DNA of 64,000 bases from Thermoanaerobaculia bacterium (GCA_963664405.1 OY761158.1:1856001-1920000); one strand, 5' to 3'. Positions 46,711 through 56,386 are shown, numbered from the stretch's first letter. Made by a program: numbers and translations. Notes: generated from the letters alone by a model not told the origin.

Positions 46711-47981
46711 CCACTCCCGCCAAGCAGCTTCACCAGGCCACTCCGCGCCTCCTGAGCCACCTCCGGTGCGGCACTGGGTGGCTCGAGAGCGACCCGCTCG
46801 CCCTCTCGGAGGCCCTCGTCGACCACCGACAGCCCCAGCGACTGAGCGCCGACCCTGATCCGACGCGCTTCGAGCCCAGACGCAGTCGCGACCCGCACGT
46901 GCGGTTCGCCCTGTTTGAGGAAGAGTGCCTGCCTCGGTATCACCAGAACGCCGGGGCGACGATCCAAGAAGAGTGTCGCCTGCACCCGCTGACCGGGGCT
47001 CATCGAAACATGTCCCGGGCTGTCGAGACGGACCGTCACTCCGAAATACTTGACGGGAGATCCCCTGAACCGGGGCTTCGAAGCCCAGTCCACACTCGAG
47101 ATGCTCCCGGAGAGAATCAATTCCGGGTGCGCCTCCACTTTCAGTTCTGCCGGGCGGCCCTCCGCCAGCCCGGCCGCGTCTGCCTCCAGTACGAATACCC
47201 TTGCCTGCATCGTCGACAGGTCCGGAATCTCGCCCAACTCCTGCCCCCGCCAGACCTCGTCGCCAATCCGGGGCGGATCGCCCCGGGAGTCGCGGACCCA
47301 GGTAAGCAATCCCGCCCGCGGCGCTCGCACAATCAATGAGTCCAGAACATCCTGGGCCCGACGCTCCCGAATCTCCGCCTTGCGGCGATCCACTTCTACA
47401 AGGCCCACTTCTGCTCGAGAAAGGGATGTGTTGACGCCCTCCATTCTCGTTGCCTGGTCCCAACGCTCACCCGCCAGTTCAGCGTCGATTCTCGATTCGG
47501 CGATCTCGAGTCGCGAGAACACGTCCTCATTGATCTTCTCGTAGTTCTGAGCGTGACGAAGCTCCAGATCCGCGACTTTCCGATCCTTGAGGGTGGTGGT
47601 GATGCGCGAGCTTCCTTCGCTCTCCGTCTTCTCCAGCCGGTAGGACTGGGAGTCGAGCTCTGAGATGGTGTCCTCGAGGCGGATCTCCAGGTCCGTTGGA
47701 TCGAAACTGGCAATAACATCTCCTTCCTCTACCAACTTCCCCTCGACTTCCAGCCACGCGATGCTCACCACCTCGCTGAGGCGCGAGGGAGCGGTCACCA
47801 TCGTCGACTCAACCGCTTCGAGAACTCCCTGCGCTGTAATGCGATTGACGAAGTCCCGTCGCCGAACCTCGATGGTGGGAACGGCGCTTTGAGGCCGGCA
47901 AGAAGCCAGGGCCACGATCAGTATCAAGGCTGCACTCAGCGTCGAGGAAAGGGTCGGCTTTCGCGTCGTGAGGCGCTTCAT
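46707..47981 (-). CDS. Periplasmic adaptor (MFP/HlyD) subunit 3
   Basis: Lipobox LASC; EGKLVEEGD, coiled coil, IVRAPRAG, IPDLSTM, GLREGERV. Confidence 0.85.
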   Translation of the reverse strand: MKRLTTRKPTLSSTLSAALILIVALASCRPQSAVPTIEVRRRDFVNRITAQGVLEAVESTMVTAPSRLSEVVSIAWLEVEGKLVEEGDVIASFDPTDLEIRLEDTISELDSQSYRLEKTESEGSSRITTTLKDRKVADLELRHAQNYEKINEDVFSRLEIAESRIDAELAGERWDQATRMEGVNTSLSRAEVGLVEVDRRKAEIRERRAQDVLDSLIVRAPRAGLLTWVRDSRGDPPRIGDEVWRGQELGEIPDLSTMQARVFVLEADAAGLAEGRPAELKVEAHPELILSGSISSVDWASKPRFRGSPVKYFGVTVRLDSPGHVSMSPGQRVQATLFLDRRPGVLVIPRQALFLKQGEPHVRVATASGLEARRIRVGAQSLGLSVVDEGLREGERVALEPPSAAPEVAQEARSGLVKLLGGSG

Positions 47982-49189
47982 CCGCCGGCTCCTACCTGAA
48001 CAAGTGTGCCTTCCTCCAGGCCGTCAAGCACTTCCACCCAGTCGGCATTGGATCGACCGAGCTCTGGGGCGACCCAACGGCGACGCCCGACAATCTCACG
48101 ACTGAGCACACGAGGCTCAGTGGAAGTCGCCCGAACCGCCACGACAGGCACCACGAGTGCGTCCTCCACTCGATCGACTTCGATCCTCCCCTCCACTCGC
48201 ATGCCCGGTCGCATCCTCGAGGGATCGTTCTCGTCGAACTCGAGCTCGAGCCAGACGACCCTCTGGGGATTCAGCCACGAGCGCGCTTGGACGGTGCGGC
48301 GAATCTGGCCTACGCGAACACGATAGGTCCGATCAGGGTACGCGTCCAAGCGCAAGGTGCCCACCTGCCCAACGGAGAGCCGACCCGACATGACCTCCTC
48401 GACCTGGACCTCCGCTTTCATAGATCGCAGGTCGGGGATCTCCAGCAGAGTTTCGCCACGCCACGCCCTCTCGCCCACCTTCTTCTTCTCTCCGCGCGAG
48501 TTTGTATGGTAGATGACCGTCCCCGGCTCTCTCGCTCGAACGGTCATCGCCTCGATCTCCCGCTCGAGGCTCGCAACTCTCGCCGTTTGGCGGTCGCGCT
48601 CCTGTCTCTGTCGCTCGACTTGCGAATAACCGCGGACGCCGAGATGCTCCAAGATCCCCTGCCGATACTCGATCTCCTCGGCAGCCAGCTGGCGATCGAT
48701 GATCGCCTGCTCCAGGGTAGCGCCGGCGACCAGCTCTGGCGGGATCCCTTCTTGAAGCTCGCCACGGCGCAGCTTCGCCTGCGCTGCCGCGAGAGCTAGC
48801 TCCGCCCTGCTTCGTTCCGCCTCGAGCTCCTGCTGCTGCTTCTCCAGACGCATCTGGGCAGCGTCGCGATTCGCTTCCGCCTGCAGCAGGAACTCCTCCA
48901 GCTCGGTCGTGTCGAAGCGAATTGTCTCCTCGCCTACCCCCAGCTCCCTCCCCTCGGGAGCCATGTAGGCGATCTTGAACTGCCTGGCTCGCCTCAACGC
49001 AGGCGGCCCGTAGGAACCGCTGCGCCCGGCGATGAGCTCGCCCGTCACACTGACTTCGAAGACCAGATCGCGGCGCGCGACTCGCACCCACTCCCCCTCG
49101 GAGGATTCGGCGCGCAGACGGAGACCGAACACCAACGACGCAGCCGCCAGCAGAGCGAGCAACCATTTGATCGTCGTCACACGCTTCAC
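47978..49189 (-). CDS. Periplasmic adaptor (MFP/HlyD) subunit 2
   Basis: N-terminal anchor, coiled coil, IPDLRSM, LDAYPD, MRPGM, GLEEG. Confidence 0.85.
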   Translation of the reverse strand: MKRVTTIKWLLALLAAASLVFGLRLRAESSEGEWVRVARRDLVFEVSVTGELIAGRSGSYGPPALRRARQFKIAYMAPEGRELGVGEETIRFDTTELEEFLLQAEANRDAAQMRLEKQQQELEAERSRAELALAAAQAKLRRGELQEGIPPELVAGATLEQAIIDRQLAAEEIEYRQGILEHLGVRGYSQVERQRQERDRQTARVASLEREIEAMTVRAREPGTVIYHTNSRGEKKKVGERAWRGETLLEIPDLRSMKAEVQVEEVMSGRLSVGQVGTLRLDAYPDRTYRVRVGQIRRTVQARSWLNPQRVVWLELEFDENDPSRMRPGMRVEGRIEVDRVEDALVVPVVAVRATSTEPRVLSREIVGRRRWVAPELGRSNADWVEVLDGLEEGTLVQVGAGG

Positions 49190-50439
49190 GAGCGTGCCTT
49201 CACGACTCGGGCCAGCTCGGTCCCTACGCTGAGCTCACCCTGGATCAGGCAATGGCGCGGGCTACAGCGCTCTATCTCCACTTCTCTCCAAGATCCGTCG
49301 CTGAGCAAGGCCCTCGCCAGACGACCGCTCTCGTCTATGACCAGGGCCTCGCGAGGGGCAAGCAATGAGGGGCTCTCCCCACGCGAGCCGATCGACTCTT
49401 CGATGATCACTCTTGCCGACATGCCAGGGCTGAGGCGGTCGAGATCGGGATCCGAGAGCTCCACCATGACCTCGAACGCGCTCCGCGAGCTTCTCCTCGG
49501 ACTTCGGGCAATCTTGGCGACCGACCGGATCCGACCTACGATCTCTTCGTCGGGGTGGGCGTCGAACAGCACTCGCGCAACCTGGCCGACCTCGACCCTG
49601 CCGTCGTCCACGTCGTCCAGCCTAGCTCGTACGACCAGGCTGTCGAGCTCTGGGAGGCGCACCAGCGGCCAGCCCCGCTGTACCGAGTCGCCGACCTGCC
49701 AGCGACGACCCTCGCCCTGGCCCACCGTCAGGAGCACGATACCCGCTTGCGCGGGAGCCCGTAGAGTCAACCGGTCTGCTCCCTCCTCAGCCCGTCGAAG
49801 CTCTCGCTCGGCCGTCTCGAGAGCGATTCGCTCTACTTCGACGCTCGCCCTCTGCCCGCTCTTCGTCGCCTCGATGTTGAGCTCCGCCTCCTCGGTCTCG
49901 AGTTGAGCAGACTGGAGCTCCAACTGCAGCGCATCCCAATCTCTGGCTGCCTTGAGAGACTCTGGGATCCTGGCCGCTAATTCCGCTTTATCCAAGATCG
50001 ACTGTTTCTCCAAGAGCTGAAACTCGGCCTCCGCCACTTTCGAGGCCGCCTCCGCTTCGGCGGCTTGAAGAGCCATCGCCGCCTCGACTGCCCTCATCTG
50101 GAGATCGTCGATCGAGCTCACGAGCTCTGTGCTGTCGAGCTCGACGACGATCGCACCGGCTGCCACTTCCGACCCGTGATCGGCGAGCCAACGGATCTGG
50201 AGGGACCGCGGACCCGCCCTGGGTACGACCAGGTCGACGGCTCGCTCGGCGACGACCTCGCCGGTCAAATGGTGACGCACCACGAGCGGCTCCTGAACCA
50301 CGAGGAGCGGGGGTTGGTCCATCTCTTCCGGCACCGAGCACGCCCACGACGCCACGAGCAGCAGCAAGGCTCCCTGCCAGGGGATAGGAGGCCCGTTCGG
50401 GCGTGCTCTACGAAGCTTTGTCGCGAATCGACGACTCAT
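49186..50439 (-). CDS. Periplasmic adaptor (MFP/HlyD) subunit 1
   Basis: SWAC lipobox-like; LTLRAP, LPELDSL, FDAHPD, LSPGMSARV. Confidence 0.82.
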   Translation of the reverse strand: MSRRFATKLRRARPNGPPIPWQGALLLLVASWACSVPEEMDQPPLLVVQEPLVVRHHLTGEVVAERAVDLVVPRAGPRSLQIRWLADHGSEVAAGAIVVELDSTELVSSIDDLQMRAVEAAMALQAAEAEAASKVAEAEFQLLEKQSILDKAELAARIPESLKAARDWDALQLELQSAQLETEEAELNIEATKSGQRASVEVERIALETAERELRRAEEGADRLTLRAPAQAGIVLLTVGQGEGRRWQVGDSVQRGWPLVRLPELDSLVVRARLDDVDDGRVEVGQVARVLFDAHPDEEIVGRIRSVAKIARSPRRSSRSAFEVMVELSDPDLDRLSPGMSARVIIEESIGSRGESPSLLAPREALVIDESGRLARALLSDGSWREVEIERCSPRHCLIQGELSVGTELARVVKARS

Positions 50440-50600
50440 GGGTGGCTCGAGCCGAGGCGCCAACTATCAACAAGACCTGGGCGCCAGCGGTAAACCCCAA
50501 TTCTACCGCAAAGACCTTCGGTCCACCCCCGAGTACACCCGCGGCCTCCCAGACGCGTAGGTTCCTCGAAAGCAAGCCCTTAACCTGCTCTCGAAGGAGC

Positions 50601-51023
50601 TCAGGGCTGCTCGAACACCTTTCGCTCGACCACGCAAACTGCCGCGCAGCGTCCGTCGCTCAGAGGCTGGAACAGGCTGCGCTCCAGGAAATTGAGATTG
50701 ACGACGACCTGGAAGGCCTCTACTGGGAGCTCTACCTCGGTCAGGTCACACTGCCGCGCCCGAATCTCGAGCCCTCGCCGGGCCGCCTCGCCGGCCACGG
50801 CCTCGACCGCGACATCCGAGATGTCCCAGACGTCGACGTCAAATCCGAGCTCCGCCAGATAGAAGGCGTTCCTCCCAGCACCTCCGACTACGTCCAGCGC
50901 GCGACCCTTGGGCTGCTCGAGGAGGAGAGAACGATGCGATACCAGCCACTCGGAGGGCTCGGCATGGAGCCGCGCGGCGAGCGAGTCGCGGTAGCGTCGG
51001 TTCAACTTCTCGCGATCGGACAT
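50601..51023 (-). pseudogene. TehB-like class I SAM methyltransferase, C-terminally truncated
   Basis: GRALDVVGGAGRNAFYLA, DISDVA, NFLERSLF; lacks the expected PGG-containing remainder. Confidence 0.7.
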
Positions 51024-51038
51024 CTCTGAACCGTCTGT

Positions 51039-51701
51039 CTAGGGACTCAGATCCAACCGCACCTCGCCCCCGTCCCCGCCGATCTGGACCTCCCGCTCAC
51101 TCCGCTGCTCGGCCTCGAGATGCCACACCGTGAGCTTGTAGGACCCCGGCGGCACATCGGCCAGCGCAAAGAAGCCATCTTCATCGGCGACGACCGCGAA
51201 GGGAGTCGAGCTGACCACGATGAAGGCCGCCATCGCCGGGTGGATGTCACACCCAAGGTCGAAGACACCGGGCTCTGCGAAGGTGTGCGGGTAAGAGACG
51301 AAAGGGGGCGATGCGACGTTGAACTCGGTCTCACCCGACTCGCCGTCGACGGCCCTCACATTGTGGAAGACATCTTCGCTGTTGATGAACTCGACAACCG
51401 CCCCCGCACCGACAACAAGCACCTTTGGATGGAATGTGCTCCCGAGCTGGTCCATGTACTTCGTGCCCTCCAGAGCCCCGGGAGCACTTCCGTCCAAGGG
51501 CTCGAGCATGACCACCGCAGAATGGCCCCCTAGCGCCGGCGGCGCCTTCCCGGTCACTCGGACACCGGCGCTGGGCTCCGCACTTTCCGGCGCGGAAGCC
51601 GGCGCGCTTTCTCTGGGTACGTCGGTGCAGCCACCGCTCAACAGTACGAGTGCCGGCACCCCCCCGCGCAGAAAACGAAGAACGCTTGGGAAACCGCGCA
51701 T
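51039..51701 (-). CDS. Cupredoxin-domain lipoprotein, copy A
   Basis: LSGGC; FHNV..GCDIHPAM; close paralog of 43976..44668. Confidence 0.8.
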   Translation of the reverse strand: MRGFPSVLRFLRGGVPALVLLSGGCTDVPRESAPASAPESAEPSAGVRVTGKAPPALGGHSAVVMLEPLDGSAPGALEGTKYMDQLGSTFHPKVLVVGAGAVVEFINSEDVFHNVRAVDGESGETEFNVASPPFVSYPHTFAEPGVFDLGCDIHPAMAAFIVVSSTPFAVVADEDGFFALADVPPGSYKLTVWHLEAEQRSEREVQIGGDGGEVRLDLSP

Positions 51702-51714
51702 AGCGCAAAGACAG

Positions 51715-52854
51715 CTAGGCGCGAAGGCCGCGGAAAGTCTCTCTCACCTCACTGACAAAGATCTCCGGCTGCTCGAAAGCGGCGAAGTGGCCGCCGCGCT
51801 CGGCACGGTTCCAGTGCACGATGTTGGTGTATCGCTTCTCCGCCCAACGCCTCGAGGAGCGGAAGATCTCCTTCGGGAAGATGGTGCAGCCGACCGGAAT
51901 GTTCACCTTGTCGCGACTGCCGCTGCGGAAGCTCTCCCAGTAGAGGCGAGCTGAAGAAGCGGCCGCCCCCGGCAGCCAGTACATCATCACGTTGTCGAGC
52001 ATCTCGTCGCGACTGAGCGCGTTCTCGGGATGGCCGTTGCAGTCGGTCCAGGCCCAGAACTTCTCGAGAATCCACGCCGCCTGCCCTGACGGAGAGTCCG
52101 CCAGGCCATAGCCGACCGTCTGCGGTCGAGTGCTCTGCTGCTTCGAATAGCCTGAGTCCCAGTCTTGGTAGTGCTTCAACCCCGCAAGCGCGTCGATCTC
52201 CAACTCGGTCAGATCCTCCGCCTTCGGATCGGCTCGAGCAGTGACCATATTGAGGTGGATTCCGTGACAGTGCTCGGGATCGCGAAAGCCGATAGCCGTG
52301 GTGACCGCAGCCCCCCAGTCGCCCCCCTGCGCGCCATACCACTCGTAACCGAGGCGCGCCGCCAACTGAGCCCAGGCGTCGGCGATCTTCTCGACCTTCC
52401 AGCCCGGCTCTGTCGGTTTTCCGGAGTAGCCGTAGCCAGGAAGGCTGGGTAGCACCAGGTGAAAGGCGTCGCTCGCGTCGCCTCCGTGGGCCACCGGGTC
52501 TGTCAGCGGGCCAATTACTTTGAGGAACTCGACGATCGATCCCGGCCAGCCGTGCGTCATGACCAGCGGCATCGCGGCTTCTACCGGAGAGCGAATGTGC
52601 AGAAAGTGGATGTCGAGACCGAAGATCTCGGTCAGGTACTGGTCGTAAGAGTTGAGTCGCGCTTCGGTCGCCCGCCAGTCGTACTCACTAGCCCAGTACT
52701 CGCAGACTTCCTGCACGTAGCTCAGCGGGATCCCCTGCGACCAGTCATCGACGGTCTCGGCGTCGGGCCAACGAGTGGCGAGGAGCCGCCTTTTCAGGTC
52801 CAGCAGCTCTTCTTCAGGGGTGTCGATTCGAAAAGACCGGATCTCGTCGCTCAT
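51715..52854 (-). CDS. Epoxide hydrolase (EHN plus alpha/beta hydrolase)
   Basis: HGWPGS, PSLPGYGYS, QGGDWG, GGHFAAFEQP. Confidence 0.93.
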   Translation of the reverse strand: MSDEIRSFRIDTPEEELLDLKRRLLATRWPDAETVDDWSQGIPLSYVQEVCEYWASEYDWRATEARLNSYDQYLTEIFGLDIHFLHIRSPVEAAMPLVMTHGWPGSIVEFLKVIGPLTDPVAHGGDASDAFHLVLPSLPGYGYSGKPTEPGWKVEKIADAWAQLAARLGYEWYGAQGGDWGAAVTTAIGFRDPEHCHGIHLNMVTARADPKAEDLTELEIDALAGLKHYQDWDSGYSKQQSTRPQTVGYGLADSPSGQAAWILEKFWAWTDCNGHPENALSRDEMLDNVMMYWLPGAAASSARLYWESFRSGSRDKVNIPVGCTIFPKEIFRSSRRWAEKRYTNIVHWNRAERGGHFAAFEQPEIFVSEVRETFRGLRA

Positions 52855-53046
52855 CGGAGGGCTCCTCTCGGGTGCAATCGTGTCACCGGCCATCGTAGCG
52901 CAGCCGCACATCTTCGGAGTCCTCGAGAAGGTCCCGCCACCTCAGGCACTGTTTGACTTCACCACCTTGCGGCTATAGTTTCTGAGAGCGCACGTTGATG
53001 TCGACAGCGGCCCCGGCGGCCTGGCCGGCGGTGTCTGGAGGATGCG

Positions 53047-54333
53047 GTGAGAGCAGCTCAGACAGCTATTCTTGGAGGCCTATTGGCTTTGGCTGCCGCG
53101 GCAAGTTGGGGCGCGGCCGACCAAACGACGAGTCCGACCTTCACCAAAGACGTGCTGCCGATCCTCCAGGAGCGGTGCCAGGACTGTCACCGCGAGGGAG
53201 GCGACGGGATCGCCGGGATGGTCGCGCCAATGGCGCTGACTTCTTATACGGAGGTCAGGCCGTGGGCAAAGGCGATCGCTCGCGCAGTCCAGTCTAAGGC
53301 GATGCCTCCATGGGACGCGACCGACGTCACCCTGGGCCAGTTCTCCAACGAAAGGGTCATGACCGACGAGGAAAGGGAGACCATCTTGCGTTGGGCTCAG
53401 AGCGGCGGTGCGCAAGGCAACCCGGAAGATGCTCCCGAGCCGAGGGTGTTCGCGGATAAGCAGGGCTGGCTGCTAGGCGTCCCCGATCTGGTGGTGACCA
53501 TGCCTGAGCCCTATTTCGTCGAGGACGATGTCCAGGACATCCAGCCGCGGATCACCTTCGAAGTCACCAAAGAGATGCTCCCCGAGCCCAGGTGGATCAG
53601 CGCTATCGAGATCCGCCCGGATAGTCGTGGCGTCCATCACGCCGTCGGCGGCGCAACGGCACCCGCCTTCGGCGAGCACGAAGAGGAGTCCTTCTCGGCC
53701 GGCTCGATCGCCGCCGGCGAGGACCCCATCATCTATCCGAAAGGCTTCGGCAACCTGCTGCGCGCCGGAACCGAGATCCGTCTCTCGATGCACTACTTCA
53801 AAGAAGTCGGCCCAGGCACGGGCTTTTTCGATCAATCGTCAATCGGCTTCCACTTCCACCCCAAAGACGAAGTGGTGAAGTACAAGGTCAGTCGCGGCGG
53901 CATCAGTCGCAGCGGATGGGAGATTCCCCCTCGGCAAAGCGATTGGCGCATCGGCGCGTCGCGAACCTTCGACGAGAACACCGTGCTCATCTCACTGCAC
54001 CCGCACATGCATTTTCGCGGCGACTCGATGAGATACGAAGCCTTCTATCCCGACGGCACCACCGAGGTGCTGCTCGACGTTCCCGAGTACGACTATGCGT
54101 GGCAGACGCAGTACACCTACGTCGCCCCCAAGTTCATTCCGAAAGGAACTCGGATCGAAGCCATCTCGAGCTTCGACAACTCCGAGCGCAAGAAGGCCCG
54201 CTATGGGGTTCTCGACATCGACCGCGCGGTCGACTTCGGTGGGCGCAGCAGAGACGAAATGTTCATTCCCTTCATCGAGTCGGCCGAGATCGACGAAGCC
54301 GACGTCGAGCGCTTTCGAGCTGCCAGCCCCTAG
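53047..54333 (+). CDS. Secreted cytochrome c / copper type II monooxygenase-like protein
   Basis: Signal peptide; PTFTKDVLPIL..CQDCH; MPPW; VHH; HPHMHFRG; YDYAWQ; DEM. Confidence 0.75.
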   Translation: MRAAQTAILGGLLALAAAASWGAADQTTSPTFTKDVLPILQERCQDCHREGGDGIAGMVAPMALTSYTEVRPWAKAIARAVQSKAMPPWDATDVTLGQFSNERVMTDEERETILRWAQSGGAQGNPEDAPEPRVFADKQGWLLGVPDLVVTMPEPYFVEDDVQDIQPRITFEVTKEMLPEPRWISAIEIRPDSRGVHHAVGGATAPAFGEHEEESFSAGSIAAGEDPIIYPKGFGNLLRAGTEIRLSMHYFKEVGPGTGFFDQSSIGFHFHPKDEVVKYKVSRGGISRSGWEIPPRQSDWRIGASRTFDENTVLISLHPHMHFRGDSMRYEAFYPDGTTEVLLDVPEYDYAWQTQYTYVAPKFIPKGTRIEAISSFDNSERKKARYGVLDIDRAVDFGGRSRDEMFIPFIESAEIDEADVERFRAASP

Positions 54334-54396
54334 GCTCCACAAATGATAAATATCATTTGCTCCGCCTAGTTGTTTTCTGGCGCCGAGGACGGCGCA
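54330..54396. repeat. REP-like double-hairpin repeat (family 2), locus 2
   Basis: CTAGGCTCCACAAATGATAAATATCATTTGCTCCGCCTAG plus TGGCGCCGAGGACGGCGCA; first CTAG contains the gene stop. Confidence 0.75.
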
Positions 54397-54527
54397 CTTG
54401 GGCGCTGCTTCCTATTCGCTCACGGAAACGGCTCAGGACGAATACTCGGACACACTCCTAGCTCCAGAAAACGCGCCTTCGGCCCGTTTTCCGGCCCATC
54501 CCCGCCTGAGAACTACCGAGAACGGTG

Positions 54528-56213
54528 CTACCGAGTGAGCTTGCGGTAGGAGATGCGGTGGGGGCGGTCCGCGGCGTCTCCCTTGCGGCGGCGTAGATCT
54601 CGCTCGTAGTCGCTGTAGGAGCCCTCGAACCAATAGGCCTCGCTATCGCCTTCGAAGGCGAGGATGTGAGTGGCGACCCGATCGAGGAACCAGCGATCGT
54701 GAGAGATGACGAGGGCACTGCCCGCCAGCTCTTCCAGCGCCGTTTCCAGGGCTCGTAGCGTGTTGACGTCGAGATCGTTGGTCGGTTCGTCGAGCAGAAG
54801 GACGTTGGCGCCCGACGTGAGCACCTTCGCCAAGTGGACGCGGTTTCGCTCGCCGCCGCTCAAGGCACCGACAGACTTCTGCTGATCCGCGCCACCGAAG
54901 CCGAAACGGGCCACGTAGGCTCTCGAGTTGACCTCGCGCGAGCCCAAGAGCATGGTCTCTCCACCTCCTGTGATCTCCTCCCATACCTTTGCACTTTCTT
55001 CGAGAGAGTCGCGGCTCTGGTCGACGTAGCCGAGGCGTACGGTCTCGCCCACGACCAAGCTGCCCTCGTCGGGCTCTTCCTGGCCCACGATCATGCGAAA
55101 GAGCGTCGTCTTTCCGGCTCCGTTGGGACCGATGATGCCGACGATGGCCCCCGCCGGGATATCCAGCGACAGGTCGTCGTAGAGCAGGCGATCGCCGTAC
55201 GCCTTGCGCACTCCCTCGGCCTTGATGACGACGCCCCCGAGTCGTGGGCCGGGCGGCACATAGATCTCCATGTCTTCCCGACGCTGCTCGGACTCTTGCT
55301 CGAGCAGTCGACCGTAAGCGCTGACCCGCGCCTTCGACTTGGTCTGCCGCGCCTTGGGCGTCATGTGGATCCACTCGAGCTCGCGTGCGAGAGTGCGCTG
55401 TCGCGCCGACTGGACCTTCTCTTCGCGCCGCAGCCGCTCCTGCTTCTGCTCCAGCCACGAGGAGTAGTTCCCCTTCCAGGGGATCCCTTCGCCGCGATCG
55501 AGCTCGAGAATCCAGCCCGCTACGTTGTCGAGGAAGTAGCGATCGTGAGTGACGGCGATTACGGTCCCGGAGTAGTCGTTGAGATGCTTCTCGAGCCAGC
55601 CCACGGTCTCGGCGTCGAGATGGTTGGTTGGCTCGTCGAGTAGGAGGATATCGGGCGCGCGCAGGAGCAGGCGACAAAGGGCTACCCGTCGCCGCTCGCC
55701 GCCCGAGATTACGTTGACCCGAGTATCGCCGGGGGGGCAGCGCAGCGCGTCCATCGCCAGCTCCAGGCGGCTGTCGAGATCCCAGGCGTTGGTGCGATCG
55801 AGAACCTCTTGCACTTCTCCCTGGCGCTCGATCAGCTTCTCCATCTCCGCGTCCGACATCTCTTCGCCGAACTTCTCATTGATCTCATCGAACTCGCCAA
55901 GAGCCGCGGCGATCTCCGCGACCCCCTCCTCCACTACCTCTTTGACCGTCTTCGTATCATCCAGCTGCGGCTCCTGCTCCAGGTAGCCGACGGTGAAGCC
56001 CGGCGAGAGGACCGTTTCACCGATGTGCTCACGATCCACCCCCGCCATGATCCGTAGCAGGCTGGTCTTCCCAGAGCCGTTGAGGCCGAGGACCCCGATC
56101 TTGGCGCCGTAGAAATACGACAACGAGATGTCGCGCAGGACGGTCTTGCCGCCGTCAAAAGCCTTTCCCACCTCGACCATCGAGTAGATGATCTTTTTGG
56201 AGTCCTCTGTCAC
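54528..56213 (-). CDS. ettA: Energy-dependent translational throttle ABC-F protein
   Basis: ISLSYFYGAKIGVLGLNGSGK, SGGERRRVALCRLLL, GIPWKGNYSSWLEQKQERL, PPGPRLG, PHRISYRKL; GTG start 56213. Confidence 0.93.
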   Translation of the reverse strand: MTEDSKKIIYSMVEVGKAFDGGKTVLRDISLSYFYGAKIGVLGLNGSGKTSLLRIMAGVDREHIGETVLSPGFTVGYLEQEPQLDDTKTVKEVVEEGVAEIAAALGEFDEINEKFGEEMSDAEMEKLIERQGEVQEVLDRTNAWDLDSRLELAMDALRCPPGDTRVNVISGGERRRVALCRLLLRAPDILLLDEPTNHLDAETVGWLEKHLNDYSGTVIAVTHDRYFLDNVAGWILELDRGEGIPWKGNYSSWLEQKQERLRREEKVQSARQRTLARELEWIHMTPKARQTKSKARVSAYGRLLEQESEQRREDMEIYVPPGPRLGGVVIKAEGVRKAYGDRLLYDDLSLDIPAGAIVGIIGPNGAGKTTLFRMIVGQEEPDEGSLVVGETVRLGYVDQSRDSLEESAKVWEEITGGGETMLLGSREVNSRAYVARFGFGGADQQKSVGALSGGERNRVHLAKVLTSGANVLLLDEPTNDLDVNTLRALETALEELAGSALVISHDRWFLDRVATHILAFEGDSEAYWFEGSYSDYERDLRRRKGDAADRPHRISYRKLTR

Positions 56214-56220
56214 GGGGAAT

Positions 56221-56386
56221 CTAGTGCCCTGTACCAGTAGTTCGTCACATAACTCGCTGGCCCTTTTGCGGCCTGCCGTCGTTGCGCCTCCTCGAAATAT
56301 TCCCAATATGACTTCGTCGGCGCGCCTTGACAGCCCACAAAATGACTGCGCGATTTATGCAACGAACCACTGGTACAGGACACTAG
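56221..56386 (-). repeat. CTAG-bounded palindromic element, subfamily B (166 bp)
   Basis: 32-bp imperfect IR CTAGTG(T/C)CCTGTACCAGT(G/A)GTTCG; core AGGCGCGCCGACG-AG-CATATT-GGG-AATAT-TCGAGGAGGCGCAACG shared with subfamily A. Confidence 0.88.

Noticed and set aside
46711-47463. N-terminal 250 aa of the 666-aa permease ORF
   Set aside because: Shadow frame over the MFP gene; the real start is 46710 with an ATGA overlap.
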